Positions 37,099 to 46,335 of a DNA stretch of 64,000 bases are shown in pieces. The notes beneath the pieces were generated by a model, which saw nothing but the letters and a program-made list of their open reading frames with translations, was not told where the DNA came from and did no database searches. Made by a program: the position numbers and the translations under genes. Origin of the DNA: Myxococcaceae bacterium (GTDB lineage: Bacteria > Myxococcota > Myxococcia > Myxococcales > Myxococcaceae); NCBI GenBank assembly GCA_046351675.1, contig JAXLYB010000002.1:1-64000 (forward strand). The letters run 5' to 3'. Within the stretch, counting starts at the first letter, position 1; each line of letters begins with the position of its first letter.

Positions 37099-38730
37099 AT
37101 GTCGGGCCCTCCGTCAGAGACCTTCCTCTCGCAGAGCGCGGCGCTGGCCCCTGGCGCGCTCGTGCTCGACGGCCGCTTCCGCGTGTTGCGGCTGCTCGGC
37201 TCGGGCGGCATGGGCTTCGTGTACCTCGCCGAGCAGGTCTCGCTGGGCCGCCAGGTCGCGCTCAAGGTGCTGCGGCAAGACCTCACGCTCGCCGCGGGCT
37301 TCGCCGAGCGCTTCCGCCGCGAGGCGCTGCTGCTCAGCAGCATCGAGCACGCCGCCGTGGTGCGCGTCATCGACTACGGCACCGAGGGCCAGTCGCCGGT
37401 GCTGGTGATGGAGTACGTCGAGGGCGAGACGCTCGAGGCGCTGCTCACGCGCGAGGCGCCGCTCTCGGTCGAGCGCTGCGAGCGGTTGTTGATGCAGTTG
37501 GCGCAGGGCCTCGCGGCGATCCACGCCAAGGGCATCGTGCACCGCGACCTGAAGCCCGAGAACGTCATCGTCACGCAGGCGGCCGACGGCTTCGAGCAGG
37601 CGCGGCTGCTCGACTTCGGCATCGCGCGGCTGATGGGCCCCGAGGACAGCGAGGCGCAGAGCGGCAAGGGCTCGGTCACGCAGGCGGGCATCGTGCTCGG
37701 CACGCCGGAGTACGTCTCGCCCGAGCAGGGCATGGGGCAGAACCTCGACGCGCGCAGCGACCTGTACTCGCTGGGCACGATTCTCTTCCGCGCGCTCACG
37801 GGGAAGCACCCGTTCCCCGGCCCGTCGCCGCGGGAGTTCATCTCGCAGCACATTCACCAGGCGCCGCCGTCGCTCACCGAGCTCGCGCCGCACCTGCAGA
37901 GCTTCCCGGCGCTGGTCGGCGCGGTGAACAACTGCCTCGAGAAGGACCCGGCGCGGCGGCCGCAGACGGCGGCGGCGTTGTTTCAGCTCGTGACCGCGCA
38001 GGCGCTGCGGTTGTCCGCGCCGCTGCCTCCGCCTTCGGCGCTCGCGGCGCCGGCGCCGGCGTTCGGGTTGAAGGCGAAGCTCATCGCCGGCGGTGTCGCG
38101 CTCGCGGTGGTGACGGCGCTCGCCGTGTCATGGTGGTTCGACCCCGTGCGGCGCGCGCGGCGGCTCATCGACGCGCGGCGCGGGAGCGAGGCGCTGCAGA
38201 TCATCGAGGACCTCGGGGCGAGCGCGCAGAACAACTGGCCGGTGCAGCAGCTCCGCGCGACCGCGCTGCACCAGGTCGGCCGGCACGATGAGGAGTGGAA
38301 GGTGATGGGGGCGGCGCCCGCGGGGTCGACGCTCGAGCCGCTCGCGCTGGAGGCGCTCGCTGATGACTTCGGGCATCAGGAATCGCCGAAGTTGCGCAAG
38401 TTGATGGCGGCGTTGCCCAAGGCGTCGTTGTTGCCGACGTTTCAGCAGCTCGCGCAGGGGACTGATCAGTGGACCCAGTGGGGCGCGATGCGGTTCGTCG
38501 ACCTCGAGTATGCCGGGCAGGGGTTGCCGCTGCAGGAGCTGTATCTGAAGGCGTTGGAGAACAAGGATTGTGGTGTGCGGCGGGTGGCGGCGAAGAGGCT
38601 GATTGATTTTCGAAGCCCTGAGGCGATGCCGGCGCTCGAGAAGTTGAAGGCGTTGCCCCGGAAGAAGGGTGAAGAGGATTGCGGGCAGGCGGCGGCGACG
38701 GCGGCGGTGAAGGAATTGGCGAAGGAATAG
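37099..38730 (+). CDS. Ser/Thr protein kinase with TM segment and C-terminal helical (HEAT/TPR-like) domain
   Basis: Canonical motifs: GSGGMGFVY, VALKVL, HRDLKPENVIV, DFGIARL, SPEQ. Confidence 0.85.
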   Translation: MSGPPSETFLSQSAALAPGALVLDGRFRVLRLLGSGGMGFVYLAEQVSLGRQVALKVLRQDLTLAAGFAERFRREALLLSSIEHAAVVRVIDYGTEGQSPVLVMEYVEGETLEALLTREAPLSVERCERLLMQLAQGLAAIHAKGIVHRDLKPENVIVTQAADGFEQARLLDFGIARLMGPEDSEAQSGKGSVTQAGIVLGTPEYVSPEQGMGQNLDARSDLYSLGTILFRALTGKHPFPGPSPREFISQHIHQAPPSLTELAPHLQSFPALVGAVNNCLEKDPARRPQTAAALFQLVTAQALRLSAPLPPPSALAAPAPAFGLKAKLIAGGVALAVVTALAVSWWFDPVRRARRLIDARRGSEALQIIEDLGASAQNNWPVQQLRATALHQVGRHDEEWKVMGAAPAGSTLEPLALEALADDFGHQESPKLRKLMAALPKASLLPTFQQLAQGTDQWTQWGAMRFVDLEYAGQGLPLQELYLKALENKDCGVRRVAAKRLIDFRSPEAMPALEKLKALPRKKGEEDCGQAAATAAVKELAKE

Positions 38731-38818
38731 GTCGCGACGACGCGACGACGACGCGACGACGACGACGACCGACGACGACGCGACGACCACGCGACGACCA
38801 CGCGACGACGACGACGGA
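38731..38818. repeat. (CGACGA)n-like GC-rich microsatellite
   Basis: gtcgcgacgacgcgacgacgacgcgacgacgacgacgaccgacgacgacgcgacgaccacgcgacgacc... It lies immediately after the kinase stop and before a REP pair. Confidence 0.75.
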
Positions 38819-38820
38819 CT

Positions 38821-38859
38821 CCCTCTCCTCCCGAGGAGGAGAGGGTTGGGGTGAGGAGA
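38821..38859. repeat. REP-like palindromic element
   Basis: ccctctcctcccgaggaggagagggttggggtgaggaga. Confidence 0.7.
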
Positions 38860-38928
38860 AAAACGTCGAAGCTCAGCTTCGTCGCTGCTCGAGCGGTGGT
38901 GCTGTCTCGGCTTCTTCTGAAGGGTTAC

Positions 38929-38964
38929 TCCTCACCCCGACCCTCTCCTCTGAAGAGGAGAGGG
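38929..38964. repeat. REP-like palindromic element (inverted partner)
   Basis: tcctcaccccgaccctctcctctgaagaggagaggg. Confidence 0.7.
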
Positions 38965-38974
38965 AGAGGCGTGA

Positions 38975-40726
38975 TCAGAGTCCTTCGTCGGGCCCCTCGG
39001 TCTTCTTCTTTTCTTCCTTCTTCTCAGGCGACTTCGGCGGCCCCGCATGCGGCGGCCCGAAGTCGACATTCACCACGTCATCAAGCTGCACGAACCGCCG
39101 CGCCAACTCCGGCACCAGCGCATCATCCAATTCGAGCAACACCTTCATCGTCGCCCCCGCCCGCTGCTTGAGCGACTCATCCTTCAGCTCGACCGCCACC
39201 GCATACAGCGCGACCGCCACCTCGGGATCGAAGGGGTTCACCGCGTTCGCATCGAGGTAGCTCTTCTTCGCCGCGTCCCACTTCTTCGCGCGCAGATAGA
39301 TGCGCCCCAAATGCACGCTCGACGGCGCCGACCCGGGGTGCACCTGCAAGCTCGCCTCGAGCACCTTCGCCGCCTGGTCGAACTCCTTCAGCTCGAGCAG
39401 CGCGAGCGCGTACTTGTTCGACACCGACTCGTACTTGTCGCCCACCTGCTTCCACGCGCGCGCATACGCCTCGACCGCGGCCTTCGCGTGCTTGTGCTCG
39501 CGGAACAATTCCCCCAGGTGCGCGTTGCGGCGCGCGTCGACCTCGGTCACCTCGACGAAGTCACCGAAGCTGACCTCGCGCTCCTTCTTCTTCTTCGGCC
39601 CCGCCTCGGTGAGCTCCTTCTTCTCGAACGAGCTGGGCGGAATCAGGTCCTTCGGGAACGGCTGCTTCTTCAAGAACGCCATCCAGCTCGACTCGAACTG
39701 GGGCCACTTGCGCTTCATCACCTGCTCGACCGCCGCCTTGTCGCTCACGCCCTTCGCCATCGCGTCCAACAACCGCTCGAGCGCCTGCGGGCCACCTTCC
39801 TGGTCGACGAGCTTGAGCGCGAAGTACACCTCGGCGAACGCGGTTGCGGCGTCTTCGGCCGTCGGCAACAACGCCATCGAGGGGTGCATCTTCTCGAAGG
39901 GCACGAGCGTGTTCTTCTTCACGCGCATGCCGAGCAGCGCGAGCGTCGGCGGCGTCATCGCCCCGCCCGCCGGCCCACGCCACCGCGACTCGAGGTACTT
40001 CGCGAGGCCCTCGTGCATCCAGATGGGCACGGTGTTGCGGCTCTTGCGGCTGACGACGAGGTGCACGTACTCGTGCGCCATCGTGTCGAGCCAGTCGTAG
40101 CCCATCACCAGCGCGCGCGGCGTCGTCACCATCAGCTTGTTGAACTTGCAGATGGCGATGGTGCCGGTGGTCTTGATGGCTTCCTTGGTGAGCGTCGACA
40201 CCTTCGCGAGCTCAGCGGCGGACGTGACGAGCTCGACGCGCACCTTGCCGGGCGGCGCGTAGCCGAGGTCCTGCACCAGCGCGGCCCGCTGCGCCTCGAG
40301 CGCGTCGAGCGCCCACGGCACGAGCACCGCGTCGCGCCCCTTCGGGTAGCGAATGATGAAGTGCTCGCTCTCGGCCTTCTCGTAGCCGTTGACGATGGCG
40401 CCGGTGTCCTTCGCGAGGCGCACCCAGCTGCCGGGCTTGTCGGTGAGGCCGGCCTTGGTGAGCAGCGCCAGCGCGTCGTCGTAGCGGCCCTCTTCGAAGG
40501 CGATGCGGCCCTGGTAGTAGGCGAGCGGCTCGACGTCGGCGGGGGCGATCTTCTCGAGCTCAGCCAGCTCGCTCTTCGCGGCCTCGAGGTCCCAGTCGTC
40601 GAGGTACTGGTCGAGGTTCTGGATGCGGGCGCGCGCTTCGCCTTTGACCGACGAGAGATCAGGCTCCTCCTGCGCGAACGCCGGGAGGCTGATCAACGCG
40701 CTGATCAACACCAACCGGCACGTCAC
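38975..40726 (-). CDS. Secreted TPR-repeat protein with HExxH zincin-like motif
   Basis: GTG start with GGAG Shine-Dalgarno sequence. Signal peptide VTCRLVLISALISLPAFA. HEYVH ... MHEGLAKYLE. Multiple TPR-like helices. Lys/Glu-rich C-terminal tail. Translationally coupled (GTGA) to the upstream gene. Confidence 0.65.
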   Translation of the reverse strand: MTCRLVLISALISLPAFAQEEPDLSSVKGEARARIQNLDQYLDDWDLEAAKSELAELEKIAPADVEPLAYYQGRIAFEEGRYDDALALLTKAGLTDKPGSWVRLAKDTGAIVNGYEKAESEHFIIRYPKGRDAVLVPWALDALEAQRAALVQDLGYAPPGKVRVELVTSAAELAKVSTLTKEAIKTTGTIAICKFNKLMVTTPRALVMGYDWLDTMAHEYVHLVVSRKSRNTVPIWMHEGLAKYLESRWRGPAGGAMTPPTLALLGMRVKKNTLVPFEKMHPSMALLPTAEDAATAFAEVYFALKLVDQEGGPQALERLLDAMAKGVSDKAAVEQVMKRKWPQFESSWMAFLKKQPFPKDLIPPSSFEKKELTEAGPKKKKEREVSFGDFVEVTEVDARRNAHLGELFREHKHAKAAVEAYARAWKQVGDKYESVSNKYALALLELKEFDQAAKVLEASLQVHPGSAPSSVHLGRIYLRAKKWDAAKKSYLDANAVNPFDPEVAVALYAVAVELKDESLKQRAGATMKVLLELDDALVPELARRFVQLDDVVNVDFGPPHAGPPKSPEKKEEKKKTEGPDEGL

Positions 40727-43700
40727 TTGACGAGCTCCTCGTAGTACTTCTTGTTCTGGTCGCGGTACCGGTCGGGCGCGCCCTGCTTCATCGCGTCCAT
40801 CACGTCCTTGCGGAACTCCCGCGACGCCGCGCTCGGGTCTTCGTCCTGGATCTCGACCTTCTCGTTGCTGGTGCCGCGCCCGCTCCCGCGCCGACGCATC
40901 GGCAGCGGAATGCCCTTCCCGCCCTTGCCCTGGCCCTGCTTCATCGCTTCCTGCAGACCCTGCAGCGACTGCAACGCGCCCTGCTGCTCGCCGTAGCCGC
41001 GGCTGGCGTCCTTGCCCTGCAGCCGCTCGCCGGCGCCCTGCATCTTCTGCCCGGCCTGCATCGCCTGCTGCATCGAGTCTTCGTCGAACAGCGGCGCGCG
41101 CTCGTTGATCGAATCCATCTGCTGCTGGAGCTGCTGCGCCTGCTGCTGCAGCTGCTTCTGCTGCCGCGCGAGCTCGTTCATCTGCGCGCGGTCCTGGTCG
41201 TTCATCTGCTGGCCGGGCTGCGGGAAGAGGTCGCGCAACTTCTCGGCGACCTCCGCGGCCTTCTTCGCGTCCTTCGCGAGGCGGTCGGCCATCTGGCGTG
41301 ACTCGCGGCGCGACTCGGGCGGGTTCTGGTAGCGCTCCTCGAGTTCCTGAACCTCGCGCGCCATCTCGGCCATCTTGCGCGCCTCGTCTTCCATCTCGTT
41401 CGCCGCGTCGCTCGCGAGGTCGAAGTCGCTGGCCTCGAGCGACTGCTCGACGTTGTCGCGCGACGCCATCGCCTTGCGGTGCGGCTCGTCGAAGCGGAAG
41501 CCCAGGCGCTGGTTGTCGAGCTGCGACCAGTCCTTCTCGAGGTCGTCGAGCTTCTCCTTGAGCTCCTTCTTCAGCGCCTCGCCCTGCTTGGCGATGCGTT
41601 CTTTTTGCTGCTGGCGGTACTTGTCGCGCAACGCGCGCGTCTTCTCGCTCAGCGCTTCCTGCTTCTTCACGGTGTCGTCGAGGTTGTCGCCGAACTCCTG
41701 CCACTGGCGGCTCAGCTCGGGGTCGGCGCGCTCGTCAGCCTCTTCCTCGGCCTTGTCGAGCCCGTCGAGGAGCTCGTCCATCTTCATCGAGAGCTCCTGC
41801 ATGGCCTTCATCGCCTCGTCGGCCTTGCCTTCCTTGATGAGCTTCTCCACGTCCTCGAGCGTGGTCTGCATGCCCATCTCTTCCTGCATCTGCTGAACGG
41901 CGTCGGCGTTCATGAACTCGTCGTGCAGGTTGCGGCTGAGGCGCGCGATCTGATCGTTGAGCTCGAGCATGCGCATCTTGAGCGCCTGCATCTGGTCGAG
42001 CAGCTGCTGCTGCGTGTTCGGGTCCTTCGTGCGGCGGAACTCGTCGAGCAGGTCGGTGAGCTGCCGGCGGTCTTCGCGCAGCTGCTTCACCAATTCCTTG
42101 ATGGCGTCCATGCGGGCGCGGTCGAGCAGCGCCTCGAGGTAGAGCACGTTCTTCTCGGCGTGCGCGATGTCGGTCGCGATGCTCGCCGCGACGCGCCGCT
42201 GGAGGTCCTGCGTGTAGCTCCCGTTGCGGTTGTCGGCGAACTGCGTCTTGCCGCTCGGCCCCGCGATGCGCCCCGTGAGCCGCAAGAGGAACGAGCGGTT
42301 GGTGTTCACCTGCGAGACGTCGTGCTTGAGCTCGCTGCCGACGTTGAGCAGCGCGCCGATGAGCTCACGCTGCGGCTCGGGGTCTTCTTCGAGCGTCTTC
42401 GCGAGGTCGCCGAACTCTCCGGCCAGCACCCCGCCGCGCTCGTCGATGGGCTTGCCGGCCACCGCGGCGTCGAGCGGCGTGGGGCTCGCGCGGTCGGGCG
42501 ATTCCATGCGGTCGGCGAGGTGGTCGATGAGGCGGTGCCAGAGCGCCTCGGTCTTCTCGAGCGCTTCCTGGCGGTGCTCGGCCGAGGAGTAGAGCTTCAA
42601 GCGCAGCACGCTCGAGGTGCCCTTCTTCGGGCCCTTCACGCTGTCGTTGTCGGTCGCCTCGAGGAACCACGTCACGGTCTGACCGGGCGTCAGCCCGAGC
42701 GGCGCCAGGTCCCACTGGTAGCTGCCGCGCGTGGTGCGGCCGTCGTCGGGCTTGAGCGAGACGCGCGCCTGCTGCCCGCCCTGCGGCGTGTAGACGAGCT
42801 CGAGCGAGGCGAGGCCGTAGTCGTCGCTGGCCTCGAACTTCACCGTGACCGCCTGCTTGCGCGGGTCGAGCTCGAGGTTGTCGAGCGGCGCCGAGACGCG
42901 CACCTGCGGCGCCTGGTCGGCCTCGACCGTGATGGATTGATCAGGCCCCTCGGCCTTCACCTTCGAGCCGTCGAGGAAGGCCACGTGGTACTGGCCGCTC
43001 TCGCTCAGCACGAACGAGCCGGTGAGCTCGCGCTTGTCGACCTTCAGCGGCACGCGCGTCCCCGAGGGAGAGAGGAGCAGCGCCGCCGCGTCGACGTCAC
43101 GGTCCGCGCGGGTGCGAATCGTCACCTCGGTGCCCGCCGGCGCGCTGACGTCACCCGTGCTGCCGGCGATGGTGCGCGGCTCGAGGCCGGTGTGCACCGG
43201 GTAGCGGTAGGTCAGCTCGATGTCGCCGGTGATGGGCTGGCGCCGCACCACTTCCTCGGTCTTCGTGAAGGTCAGCGCGGCGGCGAGGCCCGCGCGCAGC
43301 GACGCGCCCTTCACCAGCAGCACCGCGAGCAGCGCGAAGACGGTGGCCACCAACCCGAGCGAGACGCGGCGCACCGGGCGCTGGTCGATGAGGGTGTTGA
43401 CGCTCAGGCGGGCGGCGCGCGCGTCGACGTCGCGGAGGAACGCCTTCGCCAGCTCGGGAGAAAAGTCTTCGCCGCTGCGGCCCAGCGCGCGCGACAGCTC
43501 GACCGCGGCGAGGAGATCGAGGTTCAGCTCGGGCAGCTTCTCGGCGAGCAGGCGCGCAGTGCGCTCGTCGTTGCCGACGCGACGGCGCGGGAGCAGCACC
43601 CCGAAGCCGACCACGAGCGCGAGCGCTGCGAAGGCTCCGAGCACGAGCAGCACGCGCGCCGCCGTGACCGAGAGGTGCGCCAGCGCCGCGCCGCCGACGA

Positions 43701-43875
43701 AGCACACCAGGAACACGATGGCGCCGCCGAGCACGCCCTGCGTCCAGAGCGAGCGACCCTGCGCCGCGCGCACCTCGGCGAGCAGCTTCAGCGCCCGGCC
43801 CTGGTGGGCCTTCGGCGCAGCTGGCGGCGGAGGAGGGGCTTGATCAGGCGGGGGGTTGGAAGACGGCTCGAACAC
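40723..43875 (-). CDS. Large membrane-anchored coiled-coil protein (DUF4175-like)
   Basis: N-terminal Pro-rich segment and two TM helices. Periplasmic beta-rich region. Roughly 450-aa Gln/Glu/Lys-rich coiled coil. The N-terminal extension of ORF 41479..45126 on the plus strand is its antisense. Confidence 0.7.
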   Translation of the reverse strand: MFEPSSNPPPDQAPPPPPAAPKAHQGRALKLLAEVRAAQGRSLWTQGVLGGAIVFLVCFVGGAALAHLSVTAARVLLVLGAFAALALVVGFGVLLPRRRVGNDERTARLLAEKLPELNLDLLAAVELSRALGRSGEDFSPELAKAFLRDVDARAARLSVNTLIDQRPVRRVSLGLVATVFALLAVLLVKGASLRAGLAAALTFTKTEEVVRRQPITGDIELTYRYPVHTGLEPRTIAGSTGDVSAPAGTEVTIRTRADRDVDAAALLLSPSGTRVPLKVDKRELTGSFVLSESGQYHVAFLDGSKVKAEGPDQSITVEADQAPQVRVSAPLDNLELDPRKQAVTVKFEASDDYGLASLELVYTPQGGQQARVSLKPDDGRTTRGSYQWDLAPLGLTPGQTVTWFLEATDNDSVKGPKKGTSSVLRLKLYSSAEHRQEALEKTEALWHRLIDHLADRMESPDRASPTPLDAAVAGKPIDERGGVLAGEFGDLAKTLEEDPEPQRELIGALLNVGSELKHDVSQVNTNRSFLLRLTGRIAGPSGKTQFADNRNGSYTQDLQRRVAASIATDIAHAEKNVLYLEALLDRARMDAIKELVKQLREDRRQLTDLLDEFRRTKDPNTQQQLLDQMQALKMRMLELNDQIARLSRNLHDEFMNADAVQQMQEEMGMQTTLEDVEKLIKEGKADEAMKAMQELSMKMDELLDGLDKAEEEADERADPELSRQWQEFGDNLDDTVKKQEALSEKTRALRDKYRQQQKERIAKQGEALKKELKEKLDDLEKDWSQLDNQRLGFRFDEPHRKAMASRDNVEQSLEASDFDLASDAANEMEDEARKMAEMAREVQELEERYQNPPESRRESRQMADRLAKDAKKAAEVAEKLRDLFPQPGQQMNDQDRAQMNELARQQKQLQQQAQQLQQQMDSINERAPLFDEDSMQQAMQAGQKMQGAGERLQGKDASRGYGEQQGALQSLQGLQEAMKQGQGKGGKGIPLPMRRRGSGRGTSNEKVEIQDEDPSAASREFRKDVMDAMKQGAPDRYRDQNKKYYEELVK

Positions 43876-43956
43876 GCGTGTCCTGTTCTAACCGGAAAGC
43901 GGGCCCGACAGTTCCCTCCCGATGGACAGGGTCGTGTGCTTGAGTTTCAGCACGTC

Positions 43957-45126
43957 ATGGGAACCCCCCTTCCCCCCCGCGCGCAGGCCCTGTTCGACTG
44001 GCTGGTCGACGGAGCGCCGGGCGCGACGACCCCGATGGCAGTGGTGCAGCGCATCGCCAATGAGCTGCAGGCGCTCGAGGTGCACATCGAGCGCATCGCG
44101 GCCTTCGTGCGCACGCTGCACCCGCATGTCGTGGGGCGCCGGTTCCTCTGGGAAGCGTCGACCGACAAGGTCGAGGTGGGCGAGCTCTCGTGGGACCGCC
44201 TGAGCTCGGTCGGGTTTCAAGAGAGCCCCATCGCGCACGTGATGAACACCGGGGAGATCGTGCGCGGCCAGCTGCGGCCCGACGCGAAGCTGGCGTTCAA
44301 GGACCTCGTGGAGATGCGGGACAAGGGCTTCACCGAGCTCTCGGTCTTCCCGCTCAAGTTCATGGGCGGCACGACGCACGCCATCAGCTTCGCCACGCGC
44401 GCGCCGGGCGGGTTCGCCGACTCGCAGTTCGAGATGATTCGCGAGCTGATGCGCCCGCTGAGCCGCGTCGCCGAGACGCTCGCGCTGATGCGCACCGCGG
44501 TGAACCTGCTCAACGCGTACGTCGGCAACGATGCGGGCGAGCGCATCTTGCAGGGGCAGATTCGGCGCGGTGACACGCAGCTGATCAACTGCGTCATCTG
44601 GTTCTCTGACTTGCGCGGCTTCACGTCGCTGTCGAGCGAGCGCGCGCCTCAAGACATCATCTCGGTGCTCAACCAGTTCTTCGAGTGCCAGGTGCCGGCC
44701 ATCGAGAAGGAAGGCGGCCAGGTGCTGAAGTTCATCGGCGATGGGCTGCTCGCCATCTTCCCGGTGAAGGCCGACGCGCGGGCGAGCGGTGATGCGGCGG
44801 TGCGGGCGTCACGCGGGGCGTTCGAGGCGCTGCAGAAGCTGAACGCGACGCGCGCCGAGCGGGGAGAGAGTGCGCTCGGGTTTGGCGTCGGGTTGCACCT
44901 CGGTGAAGTCGCGTTCGGGAACATCGGCGGGTCGAACCGGCTCGACTTCACGGCGATTGGTCCGGCGGTGAATCTGGCGAGCCGCATCGAGAGCATGACC
45001 GGGAAGCTCGGCAAGCAGGTGCTGGTGAGCGGTGAGCTGGCGAAGCACTTGTCGGTCGCGACGCGGTCGGTGGGTGATTTCGAGCTGAAGGGCGTACCCG
45101 GTCGGGTCGAGCTCTTCGAGCTCTGA
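43957..45126 (+). CDS. Class III adenylate/guanylate cyclase with N-terminal GAF-like sensor
   Basis: CHD motifs: FSDLRGFTSL, KFIGDGLLAIF, GLHLGEVAFGNIGG. Divergent from the coiled-coil gene. Confidence 0.75.
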   Translation: MGTPLPPRAQALFDWLVDGAPGATTPMAVVQRIANELQALEVHIERIAAFVRTLHPHVVGRRFLWEASTDKVEVGELSWDRLSSVGFQESPIAHVMNTGEIVRGQLRPDAKLAFKDLVEMRDKGFTELSVFPLKFMGGTTHAISFATRAPGGFADSQFEMIRELMRPLSRVAETLALMRTAVNLLNAYVGNDAGERILQGQIRRGDTQLINCVIWFSDLRGFTSLSSERAPQDIISVLNQFFECQVPAIEKEGGQVLKFIGDGLLAIFPVKADARASGDAAVRASRGAFEALQKLNATRAERGESALGFGVGLHLGEVAFGNIGGSNRLDFTAIGPAVNLASRIESMTGKLGKQVLVSGELAKHLSVATRSVGDFELKGVPGRVELFEL

Positions 45127-45137
45127 ACCGGAGAGCT

Positions 45138-45174
45138 CCCTCTCCTCTTCAGAGGAGAGGGTTGGGGTGAGGAG
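45138..45174. repeat. REP-like palindromic element
   Basis: ccctctcctcttcagaggagagggttggggtgaggag. Confidence 0.7.
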
Positions 45175-45201
45175 TAACCGAACTCTGCGCTCTGAGGCGT
45201 C

Positions 45202-45240
45202 TCTCCTCACCCCGACCCTCTCCTCCTCGGGAGGAGAGGG
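45202..45240. repeat. REP-like palindromic element (inverted partner)
   Basis: tctcctcaccccgaccctctcctcctcgggaggagaggg. Confidence 0.7.
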
Positions 45241-45258
45241 AGATGATTACATCGGATC

Positions 45259-45777
45259 ATGACCCCCGAAGCCGCGCAGCAAGAGCTCCGACGCAAGCTT
45301 CGCAACTACTTCCTCGCCGTGGTCGGCCTGCTGCTCTTCTCACTCTTCGGCGCGCCGTTGATCGGCGGCTTCATCGCCGCCGCCGCGCACCTCGACCCCA
45401 ACGTCGCCGGCCGCAACATCGGCATGTTCGCCGCCGCGAGCATGTTCTCGACGGTCGTCATCGCGTGGGTGCTCGTCTACCGCTGGTGGCGCTGCCCCGC
45501 GTGCAACGCCAACGTCTACTGGCTGGTGAGCATGAACATGTCGGCCTTCGCCGGCGCCTACAACCGCAAGGCCTGCCCCTCGTGCGGCATCCAGCTCTTC
45601 CCCGACAAGTCGCCGCGCCGCTTCATGGTGGTGCTCGCCATCATCGCCGCGGTCTTCGTCGTGCTCGGCGCGTTGATGGCCGCCGGCGCCGCGTCGCAGC
45701 GCTCGCGCCAGCAGCAGAATCAGCCCACCCCGACCGCGCCCGCGCCGAACAGCCCGCCCCCCGCGAACCCGGGCTAA
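45259..45777 (+). CDS. Membrane protein with CxxC...CxxC zinc ribbon
   Basis: Three TM helices. CPACN ... CPSCG. The overlapping Arg-rich frame (45243..45920) is rejected. Confidence 0.55.
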   Translation: MTPEAAQQELRRKLRNYFLAVVGLLLFSLFGAPLIGGFIAAAAHLDPNVAGRNIGMFAAASMFSTVVIAWVLVYRWWRCPACNANVYWLVSMNMSAFAGAYNRKACPSCGIQLFPDKSPRRFMVVLAIIAAVFVVLGALMAAGAASQRSRQQQNQPTPTAPAPNSPPPANPG

Positions 45778-45789
45778 AGAGTCGAGTCG

Positions 45790-46335
45790 ATGAGCGACTC
45801 GGGGGAGATCACCGCGCTGCTGGCCCAGTGGCGCACCGGCGGACCCGAGGCGGGCGAAAAACTCTTCGAGCTGGTCTTCGAGAGCCTCCGCCGCATCGCC
45901 GCGAACCAGTTCCGCGGTGAGCGCGCGAACCACACGCTCCAGCCCACCGCGGTGGTGAACGAAGTCTGGCTCAAGCTCGTCGGCCAGCAGGCCAGCTTCA
46001 ACGACCGCGCGCACTTCTTCGCCCTCGCCGCGCAGGCGATGCGGCGCATCCTCGTCGACCACGCGCGCCAACGCCGGGCCCAGAAGCGCGACGCCCCCGA
46101 GCTGCTCGAAGAGCCGAGCAGCGGCGCGCCCAACGTCGACGTGCTCGCCCTCGACGACGCGCTGCAGAAGCTCGTCGCGCTCGACAAAGACCAGGCCCGC
46201 ATCGTCGAGCTGAAATACTTCGCCGGCCTGACCAACGAGGAAGTCGCCGAAGCGCTCGGCACCTCGGTCGCCACCGTGAAGCGCTCGTGGCAGTCAGCGC
46301 GCGCGTTCCTGTTCCGCGAGCTCGAGAAGCGATGA
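45790..46335 (+). CDS. ECF-type RNA polymerase sigma factor (kinase-associated)
   Basis: Sigma-70 region 2 (VNEVWLKLV) and region 4 (IVELKYFAGLTNEEVAEALGTSVATVKRSW). Stop overlaps the kinase start (ATGA). Confidence 0.85.
   Translation: MSDSGEITALLAQWRTGGPEAGEKLFELVFESLRRIAANQFRGERANHTLQPTAVVNEVWLKLVGQQASFNDRAHFFALAAQAMRRILVDHARQRRAQKRDAPELLEEPSSGAPNVDVLALDDALQKLVALDKDQARIVELKYFAGLTNEEVAEALGTSVATVKRSWQSARAFLFRELEKR

Noticed and set aside
41479-43956. N-terminal 820 aa of the 1215-aa plus-strand ORF
   Set aside because: It is antisense to the coiled-coil membrane protein gene. Only the C-terminal 390 aa, from ATG 43957, carry cyclase motifs.
45243-45920. 225-aa ORF starting inside the REP element
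   Set aside because: An Arg-rich frame. The overlapping frame at 45259 encodes a coherent TM/zinc-ribbon protein.
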